Assembly: GCF_009914755.1 (NCBI RefSeq)
Contig: NC_060927.1
DNA length: 64,000 nucleotides
Reading direction: 5' to 3' (one strand)
Source: the human T2T-CHM13v2.0 reference genome, Homo sapiens
The position numbers and the translations under genes are program-made. Positions 30,329-44,332 of the stretch are shown here, in pieces; within the stretch, counting starts at the first letter, position 1, and each line of letters opens with the position of its first letter. Under the pieces are notes generated by a model. It was not told the origin of the DNA. It saw only the letters and a program-made list of their open reading frames with translations, and made no database searches.

Positions 30329-32189
30329 AGCCCTTAGCTTTTACCTCAGGCTGTCCTCAGCAGTGATTTGACAGTCAAACCTTCTTTGGAATAAAACTCT
30401 CAGTCTCTGATAGAATGTTTTCATGACACCAGGTGTGAGATTGAGTCCTATCTCTATGAAAGCACTAAAGGCTGTCTTGTCATCTCTGGTGGTTAAAGAA
30501 AGTAAAAGAAACTCCCATTGTGAGTATCTCCTAGGTGGTAGTCCCTGTGCCAGGCATATTTTACATGTAGATTCTAGTTTGGTTTTCAACACTGACCATT
30601 TAAGGTAAGTATTAATATCCCCATTTTACAGCCTAGGGCACTGAGGTTTGAACGGGTTTAATCACACAGTTCCAGGTGGCTGAGCCAGCTTCAAAGCCTG
30701 AATTCACTGTACTTCATCAAAACAGTAGTTCCCATCTAAAAAATATTGTGGTGTGCCAAATAGCAAAACCTAACTGGCTGGTTAAAAATGCAAGAGCAGG
30801 TAATTTTTATCGTAAATTTATTCTGGAGCAAAGTGAAGAATGATAATGCTTGGACTTAATAATGGGAGAAAACAAGTGTATGGGGCAGGCCACAGTTCTA
30901 AGCTATTTCTCAGATATTCTGAATTCATCATAATCACATAACCTTTTCTCAGCATTGGAGACTGTGAGGACTTAATGGGATCTGCAATTCATATGGGTCT
31001 ACTATACTTGTCTGCTTCGTCACAGCAATGCTGCTTGTGGTTATTCATTATCCGAGATGACTTTTCCTTGTGATTGCTTGACACAGTTGTTAAAACATTT
31101 TTTTTGTGGCTCATTTCCTGCATAAGCTGGTTAACCCTATCCCATCTGGAGACCTCAGAAGACCTACTCCCATAGCTTTGCTCACTAATGCCTGCTCCAA
31201 GCTGCGTGGGGCACCACCTGGGAGAGATGAGGGCTTGGTGGAAGTTCGTCTTCTTAAATGGAGAAAGTCCTGACCTCTGCCCGGTTAGCTGTTAGTGGCC
31301 TTGTACTGGTGAGGAAGAGGCAGTGGCATAATTAAAGACACAAATATGCCTAGGGTAGGAAGGAGATGTAGCATGGGAAGGTAAAAGAACACTGGACTCT
31401 AGGCAAAGGGGCTGCAAAGAGGTAAGCTTGGACAAAGGATTCCTGACAGTGTGATGGTATCAAATGGGCTAAATCAAGGGAGGGAAGGAAAGAAAAGTCC
31501 AGCTTTTAGAGGAGCCCAGACTCTCAGCTAACTCTTGTAGATAAATTTAAAGAAATCTTTTTTCCTAAGCTGAAGTTGAGTTTAGCCTGATTCTTGACTG
31601 AGTGAAATGTACAACTTTAGTTGGGTATATCATTCATTCACCTATTTATATACCAAATATTTATAGAAGCCTACTCACCTTCAAGTAGCGTGCTGGGTGC
31701 TTAGGTGTAGAGATAAGCATTTTGGATTCACTAAGCTTCCAGTCTAGAGGGAGTATGGGCAGGCAAACTAAAAATCATGGTACAGCTTGATGACTACTAG
31801 GGGAGGAGAAGTATTGGGTGCTATGGAAACAGATGAGAATGATACAAACCCAGACCAGAGAAGTTACAAAGGCTTGTTATCAGAAGGGATGTCTAAACTG
31901 AGATCCAAAGAATGAAACAAATAAAGTGAGTGAGGGTGGGTGGATGTGGAAAGGGTTCCAGGCATAAGGAGAGCCTGAGTGAATAGGGAGGAAGACCTTA
32001 GCATGCTGAAGGAACCACAAGAAATTCAATAACTAGATAAGCAGCATTATGCTGATCAGATGGCAAATGGAAGAACAAGAGGCAAGGCTGGCATCTAGGA
32101 GGGTCTAAAGCCAAACAGAATGAGATGGGAGAAATGTATTGAAGAGAGAGGTTCAGAAGAAAAACCATGAATTGAGATTATGTTCTGAA

Positions 32190-32325
32190 ACATGCTTCTC
32201 AAACTTCCATGTGCACATGAATTACCTAGGGATCTGTTAGAATGCAGATTTGGATTCAGGGCTTCTAATAAGCTTCTAAGGGATGCCATAGCTGCTGGCC
32301 TAAGGACCACACTTTTGGATATCAA
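32190..32325. mobile_element. MER5-family fragment
   Basis: gcttctcaaactt...gaattacctagggatctgttagaatgcagatt...ggaccacacttt. Confidence 0.7.
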
Positions 32326-34068
32326 GGATCAAGACAGCATGGAAGTGTCCCCTTTACATGGGGACTGGTAATTACTGTGGGACGGTCCTGGTAGCTTAAT
32401 GGAGTTCCATTAGCCTGGATAGTCATAGACATGGATTCTTATTTCTAGGCACTGCTGAAACAATGACCTTGGTTCTTCACTTGAGTTCCATTTATGTTTC
32501 CTTTCTGGCTGTCATTGATGTCTGCTGGATAAGGTCACTTTGGGATCAAAGTGTCAAATTGGATTCTCACCATGGCTTGATCAGTTGGTCACCCAAAAGA
32601 CACTGGGAAAGGTGGTCTACACCTTGGCAGGGGCTCTTAAAAACTGTGCTTCTATAGAACACTGGGGTTCCATGAGCTGCAGAACAGTGCTCCACAAAAC
32701 TTGAGTAGCAATGGCAGCCTTTTCACAACTGAGAGGGGAAAAAATACATGTTCATGAAAAAATTTTCTTAAAGTTTGTCTTCCATGCCTTTTTCTTAATC
32801 CTTTGGTGTCAGCAGCTATTTGAATGTGAACGAGTGCTAGTGCACAACAAAATGAGTCAGGAACATTAATAGCACAGCTTGGCAACAGTTAGTGCTGCTG
32901 TTTCATGGTTATGTGAGCTCATGGATGAAGTTTTGTATAAATCCATGTACTGTGGTGACATTTTACCGGTTAAAACTTCTCGTAGTTTTTGTGATAGGAC
33001 ATATTGGGGTTTCAATGCCTTCTCAAAAGTGCAGCAGAAGTCAATGAATTTGAGAAACAGTGTTCGCTGACATATCATCTGGCTCCTACAACCTTCCCAG
33101 GTGCTTTCCTAAACTCCCTCCTTGTTAGACAAGCTCAGCAGCTCTGCACCCTGGCTCTTTAGCTCAGGAGTTCACAGTACCCAAGTCACAGTGGTTTCAG
33201 GAAGGCTGCCAGGGCTAAGTTGGGCTTGGCATTTCCCCTCCTTCCAGCAACTCCTGGTTCTTATTTAGTTTTAAATTAAATAAAAATTGCAGCACATAGA
33301 TTTGAGTTAAAACAAGTGGACTGATCTTTGTAATATGCACCACATCAACAGGAAAGCTAATTTGTGCAAAGCACATCTCCTCCTTTAATTTAAACAACAG
33401 AGTGTTGCCTTTTTGGTTTCAAGGGAACTGAGAGCTGAGGCGGGGTTGTTCACTCGTGGCATTAACTAGGGCTATGCTCAAGGGCAAGAGGAACAGTTTC
33501 AGGGGCGCTTAGCATTCCTCTTAAGCCCTTTGTGCTGAGTGTCACACGATATAGCAGAGCAGTTATGACCTCCTGGCCTTGAATTTAAAGAAGGTCTTAA
33601 AAATGTCTCAGGGTAAGCTCCCCTAATCAACTCTTAACTGCATTGGAGACACCCAGATCAGAATTTGCATTATTAAAAACTTCTCAAGACAGAGGAGACA
33701 GATTCCTGACGTTGACACCCATGTGGCATTTTCATGTTCCTAGTCGTCATGTGTGTAGACGATTAGTCTACAGAAAGTAAATCAGGTGGGATTCATGCCA
33801 GGTGAGAAATTCAGTGTGGACCCTGATAGTCACTTCATTCAGTTTCATTGGCTTTAGAGGTAATGGGTGGAGGTGGGGGTGGAGTGTGGCAGTAGGGTCA
33901 TCCATGAACAATGTGAGCTTTACTCAAAAACATTACTGAACTGGATCCATCTACATAGCTTCAAGCTCTTGCTTCAATGCTCACTAAAGGCCTTTCTCAC
34001 CACCATGAGATGAGTCAGAAGTAGCTAAATCTTTCTTAAACTGTCACCTCCAGGTGCATCCAGATTTG

Positions 34069-34277
34069 GAGGCAGGTCTGCCTCAGGTTTTGTGGGGCCT
34101 GAAGCTTATAAATTTTGAGGCCTTTTTAAAGAAAAATAATACAAAATATCTTACTTATGCAAACTTTATATGCTCATCAGAACACACTGGTAGGGCTCCT
34201 CTCAGGATCTTGGACAGGGCCACGTGAAAGGGATCCTAAAGCTTAAGTTTATTAACTTCACAGAGAATCCACTTCTG
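34069..34277. mobile_element. MER53-like hAT element
   Basis: caggttttgtggggcctgaagcttata...aagcttaagtttattaacttcac...aatccacttctg. Confidence 0.75.
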
Positions 34278-35451
34278 CTTGGAAAGCTTCTCTGCCCAGT
34301 GCCAAAAAGGCATTAAGAAGTTGAGGGTAAAGAAAATGGACAACCATTTATCATATGGTAGGTGTCACTGACCAAGACAGAAATTTTAGGTTCTTATTTG
34401 ATCTTTGAACCCCTGAGGTGTGCTGCCTTACTGAATCAAACCTGAGCCAAGCCCAGCTTTCTCTTAAGGGCAGGGCCCTCATCTTTGTCTTGTTCGCACA
34501 AATACCTACCCAAGAAAGTGCATCAATAAATGTCTGCTGAATGAATGACTATCTGGATGACTGTGAATGAGGAAATATAGAAATAAATTCACACTCCTTT
34601 TTTAGACTGAGTGTCATTGTTTACCTTCTCCAAAGAACTCTTTGCAAAATGTTTTGAGCTATGTGAAGAAAGGCTTCATCTAAACTTATTCATGAAGCAG
34701 GCCAACTAGATTGTGTCAGAGGGCTACTAAAGTCATTCTCTTATTGGATGAAAAAATACTCTAGTCATAATTAAGAAACATTAAACTATATTTATAATCA
34801 AATATTCTTTAAGGGGATTGGCTTTTTCTTCTGGGTTGAGTGGGTTTTGCTCTCACGCACCCAGAAAAGGCCAGACAGTGTGTTGTTTGATCTATTTTGT
34901 TAACCTTCTCCTCTGGCTTATGTTACCTTAAGTTGACCTTTCAAGTGCTTTGTCTTCTGGCAAATATATTTAAAACTTTAGGACCTAAGTAATGTATAGC
35001 TATCAGAATTCATGCAGAAAATCAAAGCTGAGTCTGGAGCATTCTCTTTTGAAGAGAAATACCACCCTGCGTGTGATGACCTCACCTGATTCATCACCTG
35101 ATACCTGATGGGGGTCAATGGGTGCAGAGAAGATCCTGAGCCTAGGGCTGGGAGCGGGTGTTGTCCACATATTGGCTTTGCTGTGAACTGGATGGGGGTC
35201 AGGTTTGCATGAGGGACATGTTAGACATGCTGGGGTTGGCCTGGATTAGAAAGGACATGATTTTGATTTAACTTTTGTTCTCATGACTTTGAAGGTAAAT
35301 CTGAGGTTGTGTCATGTAGATGAGAAGTTTCTAAGTTCAAAGTCGAGAGGCCTGGGTTCAACTCAGGGTTAAGAGATTGTGAGCAAGATACACAAACTCC
35401 CCATGTCTCATTGTTATTATTTTTTAATCTGTAAAAAGAGACCAATAATGG

Positions 35452-38400
35452 GATGCTGGGAACATGGTAGAGTAGGAAGTACCAGAAATTTGTTTCCCTA
35501 CCTAGACAACTATTACACTGGCAGAATTTGTATGATGTAACTATTTTGGAATTCTGGAGTATATTGAAGGATTGCAACTTCTAGGAGAAGGCTTGGGAAG
35601 TAATTGTGGTTTATTTTGGTCAATTATAGTTCTTAGCATAGTAGCAAGTCTTCCAACCTTCACCCTTCAGCCCTGTGGCAGGCAGCTGTGCCAAGTGTTC
35701 CTGGAGCAGCTTGCAAACTGTTTGCAGGAGCCGGGGTGAGCAAAAAGGACTCTGTTCTCCAAATATCAAAAATCTGTGTTCTGATCACTGATGCTGGTTC
35801 TGATCAAAGAGATGCAGACAAAATCGCCACCATTGTTGTTGCACCTCCCCTTACTGGGAAGCTCCTCCCCTTGGCTGAAGTGATTGTCAGGAGATTTAAA
35901 GGGCCAGGACCCTTTTAATTTTTTTCACCTTCGATTTTCTTTTTCTCCACCTTCGATTTTCTTTTTCTCCTTTTGGGGGCCTGACATTAAATATTAGGTC
36001 ATTAAAAAATAACTACATACACAGAGAAATTAGGAGGTGACTTTGCAAGCCCAAGGAAAGGCATGGACTTAGAAAAGACCTGAGGAGACCTTATGTTTCT
36101 ATCTCAGGCTGATTCCCAGAACAGAGACAGTCTACAACAACAAAATTAACAAGAATAAACAAACAAACAAACAAAAACCCAAATCCAGAAAACCCTGGGA
36201 AAGGGGAAATTTGCTTTCCAGAGTTACCATAATATTAGACTCAAATGTCAAGTTTTTAACAAAAAATCACAAGGTATACAGAGAAACAGGATAGTATGGC
36301 CATTCAAAGTAAAAAAAATAACAGAAACTATCCCTGAAAAAGACGTGATGGCAGATATACTAGACAAAGACTTTTAAGCGGACTTCAAAACAACTGTCTT
36401 AAAGATGCTTGAAGAACTAAAAAGAATATGTTGAGAAAGTTAAAAAAAAAGATATATGAACAAAAAGGAAATACCAATAAAGAGAGAGACATGAATATAA
36501 ACACCCAAGAAGCTTCATGAACTCCAAGTAGATGAACTCAAAGAGATGCGGACTGAAACACTTTCAAAGTTTTTAAAGAATGTTGAAAGTACCAAGAGAG
36601 AAGGGACTCACACATATAAGGGATCCTTAACAAGATTATCAGCAGATTTCTCATCAGAAACTTTGGAGGTCAGAAGGCAGTAAGCTGATATAGTCAAAAC
36701 GCTAAAAGAAAAAAATAAAAAACAAAAACAAAAACAAAAACCACTTGTCAACCAAGATTTCTATATGTGGCAAAACTGTCCTTCAAAAGTGAGGGAGAAA
36801 TTAAGGCATTCCCAAGTAAACAAAAGTTGGGGAGGTTTCATTATCATTGAACCTATCCTTTAAGAAATCCCTCAAGAGAGTCCTGCAGGGTGAAATGAAA
36901 TAATACTAAGTAGTAACTTGAGCCATATGAAGAAACAGAGAACTCAGTAAAGGTAAATCCATGGACAATTAAAAAGCTAGTATTATTGCATGGTTTGTAA
37001 CTTCACTTTTTCTTTTCTATGTGATTTAAGAGATGAATACATTAAAAAAATTATCAGTATAAGCACTAATATTATAACTTTGGTTTATAACTCCACAGTT
37101 TATTTTCTACATAATTTAAGAGACTAATGCATATTAAAGAATTATTAGTTTGTATTTTTGGGAACACAATGTATAAAGATATAATTCTGTAACATCAACA
37201 GCCAAAAGGGGTGGGGACAGAGTTGTAAAGGAGGCAGAGTTATTGTATGTTTTTCATGTTAAGCTGGGGTAAATTTAAATTAGAATGTTACAGCTTTAGG
37301 ATCTTAAGTGTAATCTCCATGGTAACCACAAAGAAAATAGCTATAGAATATATACAAAAGAAAGGAATAAAGGAATTTAAACATTTCACTGCAAAGAATC
37401 AACTAAACACAAAAGGCAGTAGTGCAGTAAATGAGGGACAAGAATGCTGTAAGGTATATAGAAAATATATTTCAAAATGACAGAACCTCTTTCTTACCAG
37501 TAATTACTTTAAATGTAAATGTATTAAACACTCTAATCAAAAGACAAGTTTGGCAGAATGGATGAAAACATATGATCCAGCTATATGCTGTCTAAGGAGA
37601 CTGATTTTAGGTCCAATGACACAAACAGATGAGAGTAAAAGGCTAGAAAAAGATATTCCATGAAAATACTGACCAAAAAACAGAAGGGAGTAGCTATACT
37701 AATATCAGACAAAATAGATTTTAAGTTAAAAACATTTACAGAAGACAAAGATTAATAAAAGTTCCAGTACTGCAAGAAGATATAACAATTATAAACAATT
37801 ATAAACATTTACATACCTAATGACAGACCACCATAACATATGAAGGAAAAACTGACAAAATTTAATGGAGAAATAGACAATTCTACAATAATAGTTGGAG
37901 ACTTAAATATACCACTCTCAATAATGAACATAATAGCCAGATAGAATGTAAGTAAGGGAATAGAAAACAGTATGATAATCCAACTAGATCTAACAGACAT
38001 ATACAGAACAATCTACCCAACGACAACAACATACACAGTCTTCTCAAGTGCACATGAGACATTTTCCAGGATAGATCATACATTAGGGAACACATTAAGA
38101 CTTCCTAAAAGATTTAAAAAGATAGGACAACAGTGGAAGTTAGAAATCAATAACAGATGTAAAACTGGAAAATTCATGCATATATGGAAATTAAATAACA
38201 TACTTTTAAATAATCAATGGATCAAGAATAAAATCAGAAGAAAAATTAGAAAATACTAAGAGGTGAATGATAAGAAAACACAACATACCCAAACTTATAA
38301 GACATAGTGAAAACAGTGCTAAGACTTACTTTAAACACTTACATTAAAAAACAAGAACAATCTCAAATCAAGAACCCAACAACCTAACTTCACAACTTAA

Positions 38401-41275
38401 ATAAACAAGAAAAAGAAAAACAAATTAAACCCAGAGCTAGAAGAAAGGAAAGAATAAAGATTAGAGATAAATAGAATAGAGAATAGAAAAATAATAGAAA
38501 AAATAAATGAAACAAAAAATGTTTCTTTGGAAAGAGCAATAAAATTGACAAACCTTTAACTAGATGGACTAAGAAAAAAGAGAGAAGATTCAAGTTACTA
38601 AAATTAGAAATAATAGTGGTGACTTTACTACCAATTCTAGAGAAATAACAAGAATTAGAGAATAACAAGAATAAGAGAGCACTATGAACAATTTTATGCT
38701 AACAAATTGAATAATCTATATGAAATGGATACCTTCCTAGAAATACAAAGCTTACCAAGATTAAAGCATGAAGAAATGAAAAATCTGAATTAGACCTACA
38801 ACTAATAAGAAGATTCAATCAGTAATCAAAAATCTCCTCACAAAGAAAAGCTCCGGACTTCATGGTTTCACAGGTGATTTCTGCCAAACATTTAAAGAGA
38901 AACTAATACCAACCCTTCACAAACTTTTCCAAAAACCTGAAGAGGAGGAAGCAATTCTTATCTCATTCCATAAAGCCAGCATTACTCTGATATCAAAGTC
39001 AGAGCAAGACACAATAAGAAAACCACAGACTGCTATTCCTTATGAACATAAATGCAAAATTCTCAACAAAAAACTAGCAAATTGAATTCAGTAGCATATT
39101 AAAAGAACTATACACCATGACCAAGTGAGATTTGTTCCCGGAATGCAATGTTGTGTACAACACGCAAAAATCAATGAGTGTAATACACGACATTAACAGC
39201 ATGAAGGAGAAAAGTACATGATCACCTCAATTGATGCAGAAACATCATTTGATAAAATTTAACATTTCATGATAAAAAAAACAACCAACTAGGAATAGAA
39301 GGAAACTATCTTAACATAATAAAAGCTGTATATAAAATAAAAGCAAATATCATACTCAATGGTGAAAGACTAAAGTCTTTTATTCTAAGGTCAGGAATAA
39401 GACAAAAATGCCCACTTTGACCACTTCTATTTAACATTATACTAGAAATTCTAGCCAGAGCAATTAATCATGAGAAAGAAATAAAGGTATTCAAACTGAA
39501 AAAGAAGTAAAATTATCTCTGTTTACAGGTAATATAATTTTATATGTAGAATTTCCTAAAGATTTCACAAAAAACCTGTTAAACCTAATAAATGAATTAA
39601 GCAAAGTAGCAAGACATAAAGTCAACATGCAAAAATCAATTGCATTTTTATACACTCACAGTGAACAATCTAAAATTAAAATTATGAAAATAATTCCATT
39701 CACAATAGCATCAAAAATATTAAAATACTTAGGAATTAACTTAACCAAGGAGGTGAAAGACTTATACAGTGAAAACTACAAAACATTACTGAAATAAATT
39801 AAAGAAGAAATAAATAAAGGGAAACATCCTATGCTTATGGATTAGGAGACTTAATATTGTTAAGATGTTAATACAACCCAAAGTAATCTGCAAATTCAAT
39901 GCAGTCCCTATCAAAATCCCAATGACATTTTAAAAGAAATAGTAAAACCTATCCTCAAATTAATACAGATATTTAAGAGGCCCCAAATAACCAAAACAAT
40001 CTTGAAAAAGTACAAAGCAGAAAGACCCATATTTCCAAATTTCAAAACTTACAATAAAGCTACAGTAATCAAAGCAATGTCATATATAAAAATTAACTCA
40101 AATGGATAAAAAAATGTAAGGCCTAAAACTATAAAACTCTTAGAAAAAGAATAGGACAAAAATGTCACAACATTGGATTTGGCAATAATTTCTTAGCTAG
40201 GACTCTAAAAGCACAGGCAACAAAAGAAAAAATAGACAAATTAAATTTCTTGAAAAATTTAAAAAATATTGTGCATCAAAATACAGTGTAAACAGAGTAA
40301 AAAAGGCAGCTCATGGAATGGAAGAAGATATTTGCAAATGATATGTCTGATAAAGGATCAGTATTCAGGAAATAGAAAACTCCTATAACTCTATGACAAA
40401 AGATCCCATTTAAAAAATGGCTTAAGACTTGAATAGAAGTTTCTCCAAAGAAAATACACAAATGGCTAGTAAGCTCATGAAAAAATGCTTAGCATCACTA
40501 TTAATGAAGGAAATGCAAATCAAAAGGGCAATGAGCTATTACTTCATACCCATTGGGATGACTACCATAAGAAAAAGAAACAGAAAATAATTTTTGGCCA
40601 GAATGTGGAGAAATAAGAACATTTGGGCACTGTTGGTAGAAATATAAAATGGTAAAGTTACATTAAAACACAGTATGGCAGCTTCTCAAAACATTCAAAA
40701 TAGAATTACTATATGACCCAGCAATTCTACTTCTGGGTATATATTGAAAGGAATTCACAGACAGGTTTTGAAGAGGTGTCTGTGTACCCATGTTTACAGC
40801 AGCATTGTTCACAATAGCTAACATGTGAAAGGAACCCAAGTGTCCACTGATAGATGAATAGATAAGTAAAATGTGATCTATACATGCAATGAATATTATT
40901 CAGCCTTTTTAACAGGAAGGAAATTTTATAATATGCTATAACATGGATGAACCTTGAGGATGTCATGCTAAGTGAAATAAACCAATCACAAAAAGACAAA
41001 TACTATATGATTCCACTTATATGAGGCTCCTAAAGTGGTCAAAATCAAAGAGACAGAAAGAATGGTGGCTGCCAGGAATTGGGAGGAGGGGGAATGAACT
41101 GTTCAATGGGTATAGAGTTTCAGTTTTACAAGACGAAAAGAATTATGGAAGTGGACAGTGGTGATGGTTGCACATTTCGAATGTATTTAATAACACTGAA
41201 CTGTATTCTTAAAATGGTTATGATGGGAAATTTTATGTTATTGTATTTTACAACAATAAAAAAATGAAAAAAAAG
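35452..41275 (+). mobile_element. 5.8-kb L1MB-type LINE-1 with both ends and internal deletions, inserted in a MIR
   Basis: ORF2 remnants (LDLTDIYRT..FSSAHETFSRIDH, RT region tcaattgatgcaga), L1MB 3'UTR with AATAAA and A-tail; TSD agagaccaataatgg (35437-35451) / agagaacaataatgg (41276-41290). Confidence 0.92.
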
Positions 41276-41899
41276 AGAGAACAATAATGGCTATCCCATC
41301 TTGCTGTGGCTATGAGTCTCAAAACAGTGCCAATGAAAGGGCTCAGGAAGGTGTAAAGTGACTTTTGAGCGTGGTATCAATGATTCCTTTACATAAATAT
41401 GTAACATTACCATCTCTTCATTTGAAAGCTAAGAAGACAGCTTTTTAGTGAAAAATCCAATGTTCTTTCCACCATGTAAAAGAGTACTATCAATATTAAC
41501 TTTTATTAAAAATGACGTTAGAAATATAAAGAAGAAACTCAATCTCTTTGATGTTCAGATTCATTTCAATGTGAAAAGTGTACGAAACAAAAATCCAGTC
41601 AAATACATAAAATAAGTGCACCTCGGCCCAAGATGATTGTGCCCTTGAGTTCAAGCTGATAAGCTGTAACTAACGGTGCCAATGCCAGCAGATGATATGG
41701 ATGCTCAGTATGGAAAACACTGGGTCGCATTCTCTGGACATCAGAGTCATATGTAGGTAGGTGTCCTGAAAATTTGGTATGCTGTCTTTTTAATGATAGG
41801 AACTGGCTGATTGGCATTCTCATGAATTAAACTAATAATTTCAACCCCATTAATATGATAGGGTTATTGTTTTTCTTCCAGAGGGTAAGGATGCTTTAG

Positions 41900-42094
41900 A
41901 ATAGGGCCAGATAGTAATATTTTATTTTTTATGAACTATATGATTATATATAGTTCACAACTCTGCCACTGTAGTGCAAAAACAGCCGTAGACAGTAAGT
42001 AAACAAATGGGTTGGGATGAGTTCCAACTTAATAATATTAATAAAATAGCCATGGATCAGTTTTGATTCAAGAGCCATAGTTTGCTGACTCCTG
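41900..42094. mobile_element. MER58A-like hAT element
   Basis: agggccagatagtaa, caactctgccactgtagtgcaaaaacagcc and gccatagtttgctgactcctg. Confidence 0.8.
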
Positions 42095-42578
42095 GCTTTA
42101 GAATATCATAGAAATAAATTCTGGACCTCCTCACATCCCCTGGCTGTACACATCATATTATTGGCCTCTACCAGGTTTTAACGCAGCTCCAATACTACCG
42201 TTAAACAAACTTAGAAGGTGCGAAAGCCTGGAGAAACCATCAAGACAGGTGGCCATTTGGGCAGACACTTCACAACCTAACATGATTATCTAAGGCCTTA
42301 TATTTTTCTCAAAGCATTGTTTGTCAAATAAAGCAATGTTTAAAATGTAATATTGAAGCTTTGAAAATAAGCTGCTATTCTCCAGAGTAAAGTTACTGAT
42401 GTTTTGATGGGAAAGAAGGAAAAGTGCTTTCCAATTCCCAGAAACGTTTTGAAAAAATGCAACCCAATGCTGGCTTCCCATTTATGAGTGCTCAAGTTTA
42501 CCTTTTGCTTTCTCATAATAAAAGTCAACTCATTGCCAAAGTTTATTACTGTTCTAAGTCAAAAATCACCTACCACTT

Positions 42579-42880
<302 letters not shown>

Positions 42881-44220
42881 TCACCTACCACTCCAACTTC
42901 TCACCTTCCTTATGACTCTCTCTCTCTTACCCTAACATGTCTGGAAATGTAAGGAAGTACTGTCAGAGGCCTTCAGTAGGGCAAATTTAATTTTGTATCT
43001 CCATTTGTCTGTATTTGAATCAATGACTCACTCTCAGCTTGGGAGCTGCCCCTTTTACCGTATGGACCAGGCTAGGATGGCACTGAAGGCAAAACAAGCC
43101 TTTTACTGCTTTCAGAAATGTGGATTTTGAGACACTTGGTTGGGTTTAGGTGGAATCTCACAGACCTGGGTTCAAGAATACATTTGTTCTTGACCAAGTT
43201 TCATAACCTTTTTGAGATCCTGAACCTCAGTTTCTTCATCTACAAAATGTGTTAATACTTGCTTCACAGGATTAATTAAAAAATAGTGAGTGGCAAATAG
43301 CAAGTGCTAATAAATGTTCATTTCTCTCACTTTTTCTATATGCCCCTATGTACCCTAAATTGTATTTGTTCATGCTGATAGCAGGTTTTATTGTAAACTC
43401 TCATGTATCCCCCAATAACTGCCTCTGAGTACATTGTAAGTGTACAGCTACATAGGAATCACGTAAGGATCTCTGCAAAAGGTCTTTGAACAGGGAAAGA
43501 CTGAAGGTAGGAAAATTAATTGACTAAAGATAAACCATAATCTCCAGAGCTTTCAAGGTCAGAAAATTCATTTGGTTTATTTTCTTTTGGAAAGGAGCCT
43601 TGAGGTATGGTTTAAGCAATTAGAACACAAATGTCTTGAGAACAGAGACCTTGTCAGTTTCATCAATCAGTGCCCAGAACTCATCTCAGGCACCTGGTGA
43701 GTGCTCAATTAATATTCGTTTTCTCAACTAACAACTGAGCATACTTAGGTCTGATTTGCTTTTGTATTAACTGTGAGGAGTTTCTGGAGCTTTGCATAAG
43801 GAAGGAGCAGGGATTTTATGGAGAAGGAACACTGGATAAGGGGCATTGGATAAGAGTGGCACCATTTACACACTATTTACCCTGAGCATGCAATTTATGA
43901 AATTATAATTCAAATTCCCCAGTATGAAAAATTGATCTGAAATGGGTCAGAGGAAAGTCCAATGTCCACTCTAGGCCAGTTTCTGACCAGATATGATACC
44001 TTGAAGCCATACCAATAAGATTCCCTCTAACTTCATTTCCCACTTGGAAAGAGAAATCCTGCTGTTGCTCAGCACTTACGGAGAATCAGCATAGTGTTAG
44101 GTACAATGGGATAAAGAGAAGTTGTTTCCCCAAAAGGGTTCTAAATTTTCTCATGGTTTTTCATGTTCTGTAAAATTGTGAGAAAACCAGCAGCACTAAC
44201 ATATAACATAGTTCACATAC

Positions 44221-44332
44221 CTGAAAACATCATCATGTGCTGAAAGTTCCAGGGGATCTTCTGTTTTCGGCCTAGATTCAGGAGGAAGGAGAGGGGATAT
44301 ATGTTGCAGGCTCTGGCAACAAAAATTGCTAG
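44221..44332 (-). CDS. SLC9A9: SLC9A9 coding exon (probably exon 11), 112 bp, [37 protein letters not shown](G)
   Basis: Acceptor tatctacag|CTA, donor TCAG|gtatgt; 37 codons + 1 nt; the [10 protein letters not shown] motif is typical of NHE6/7/9. Confidence 0.97.
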
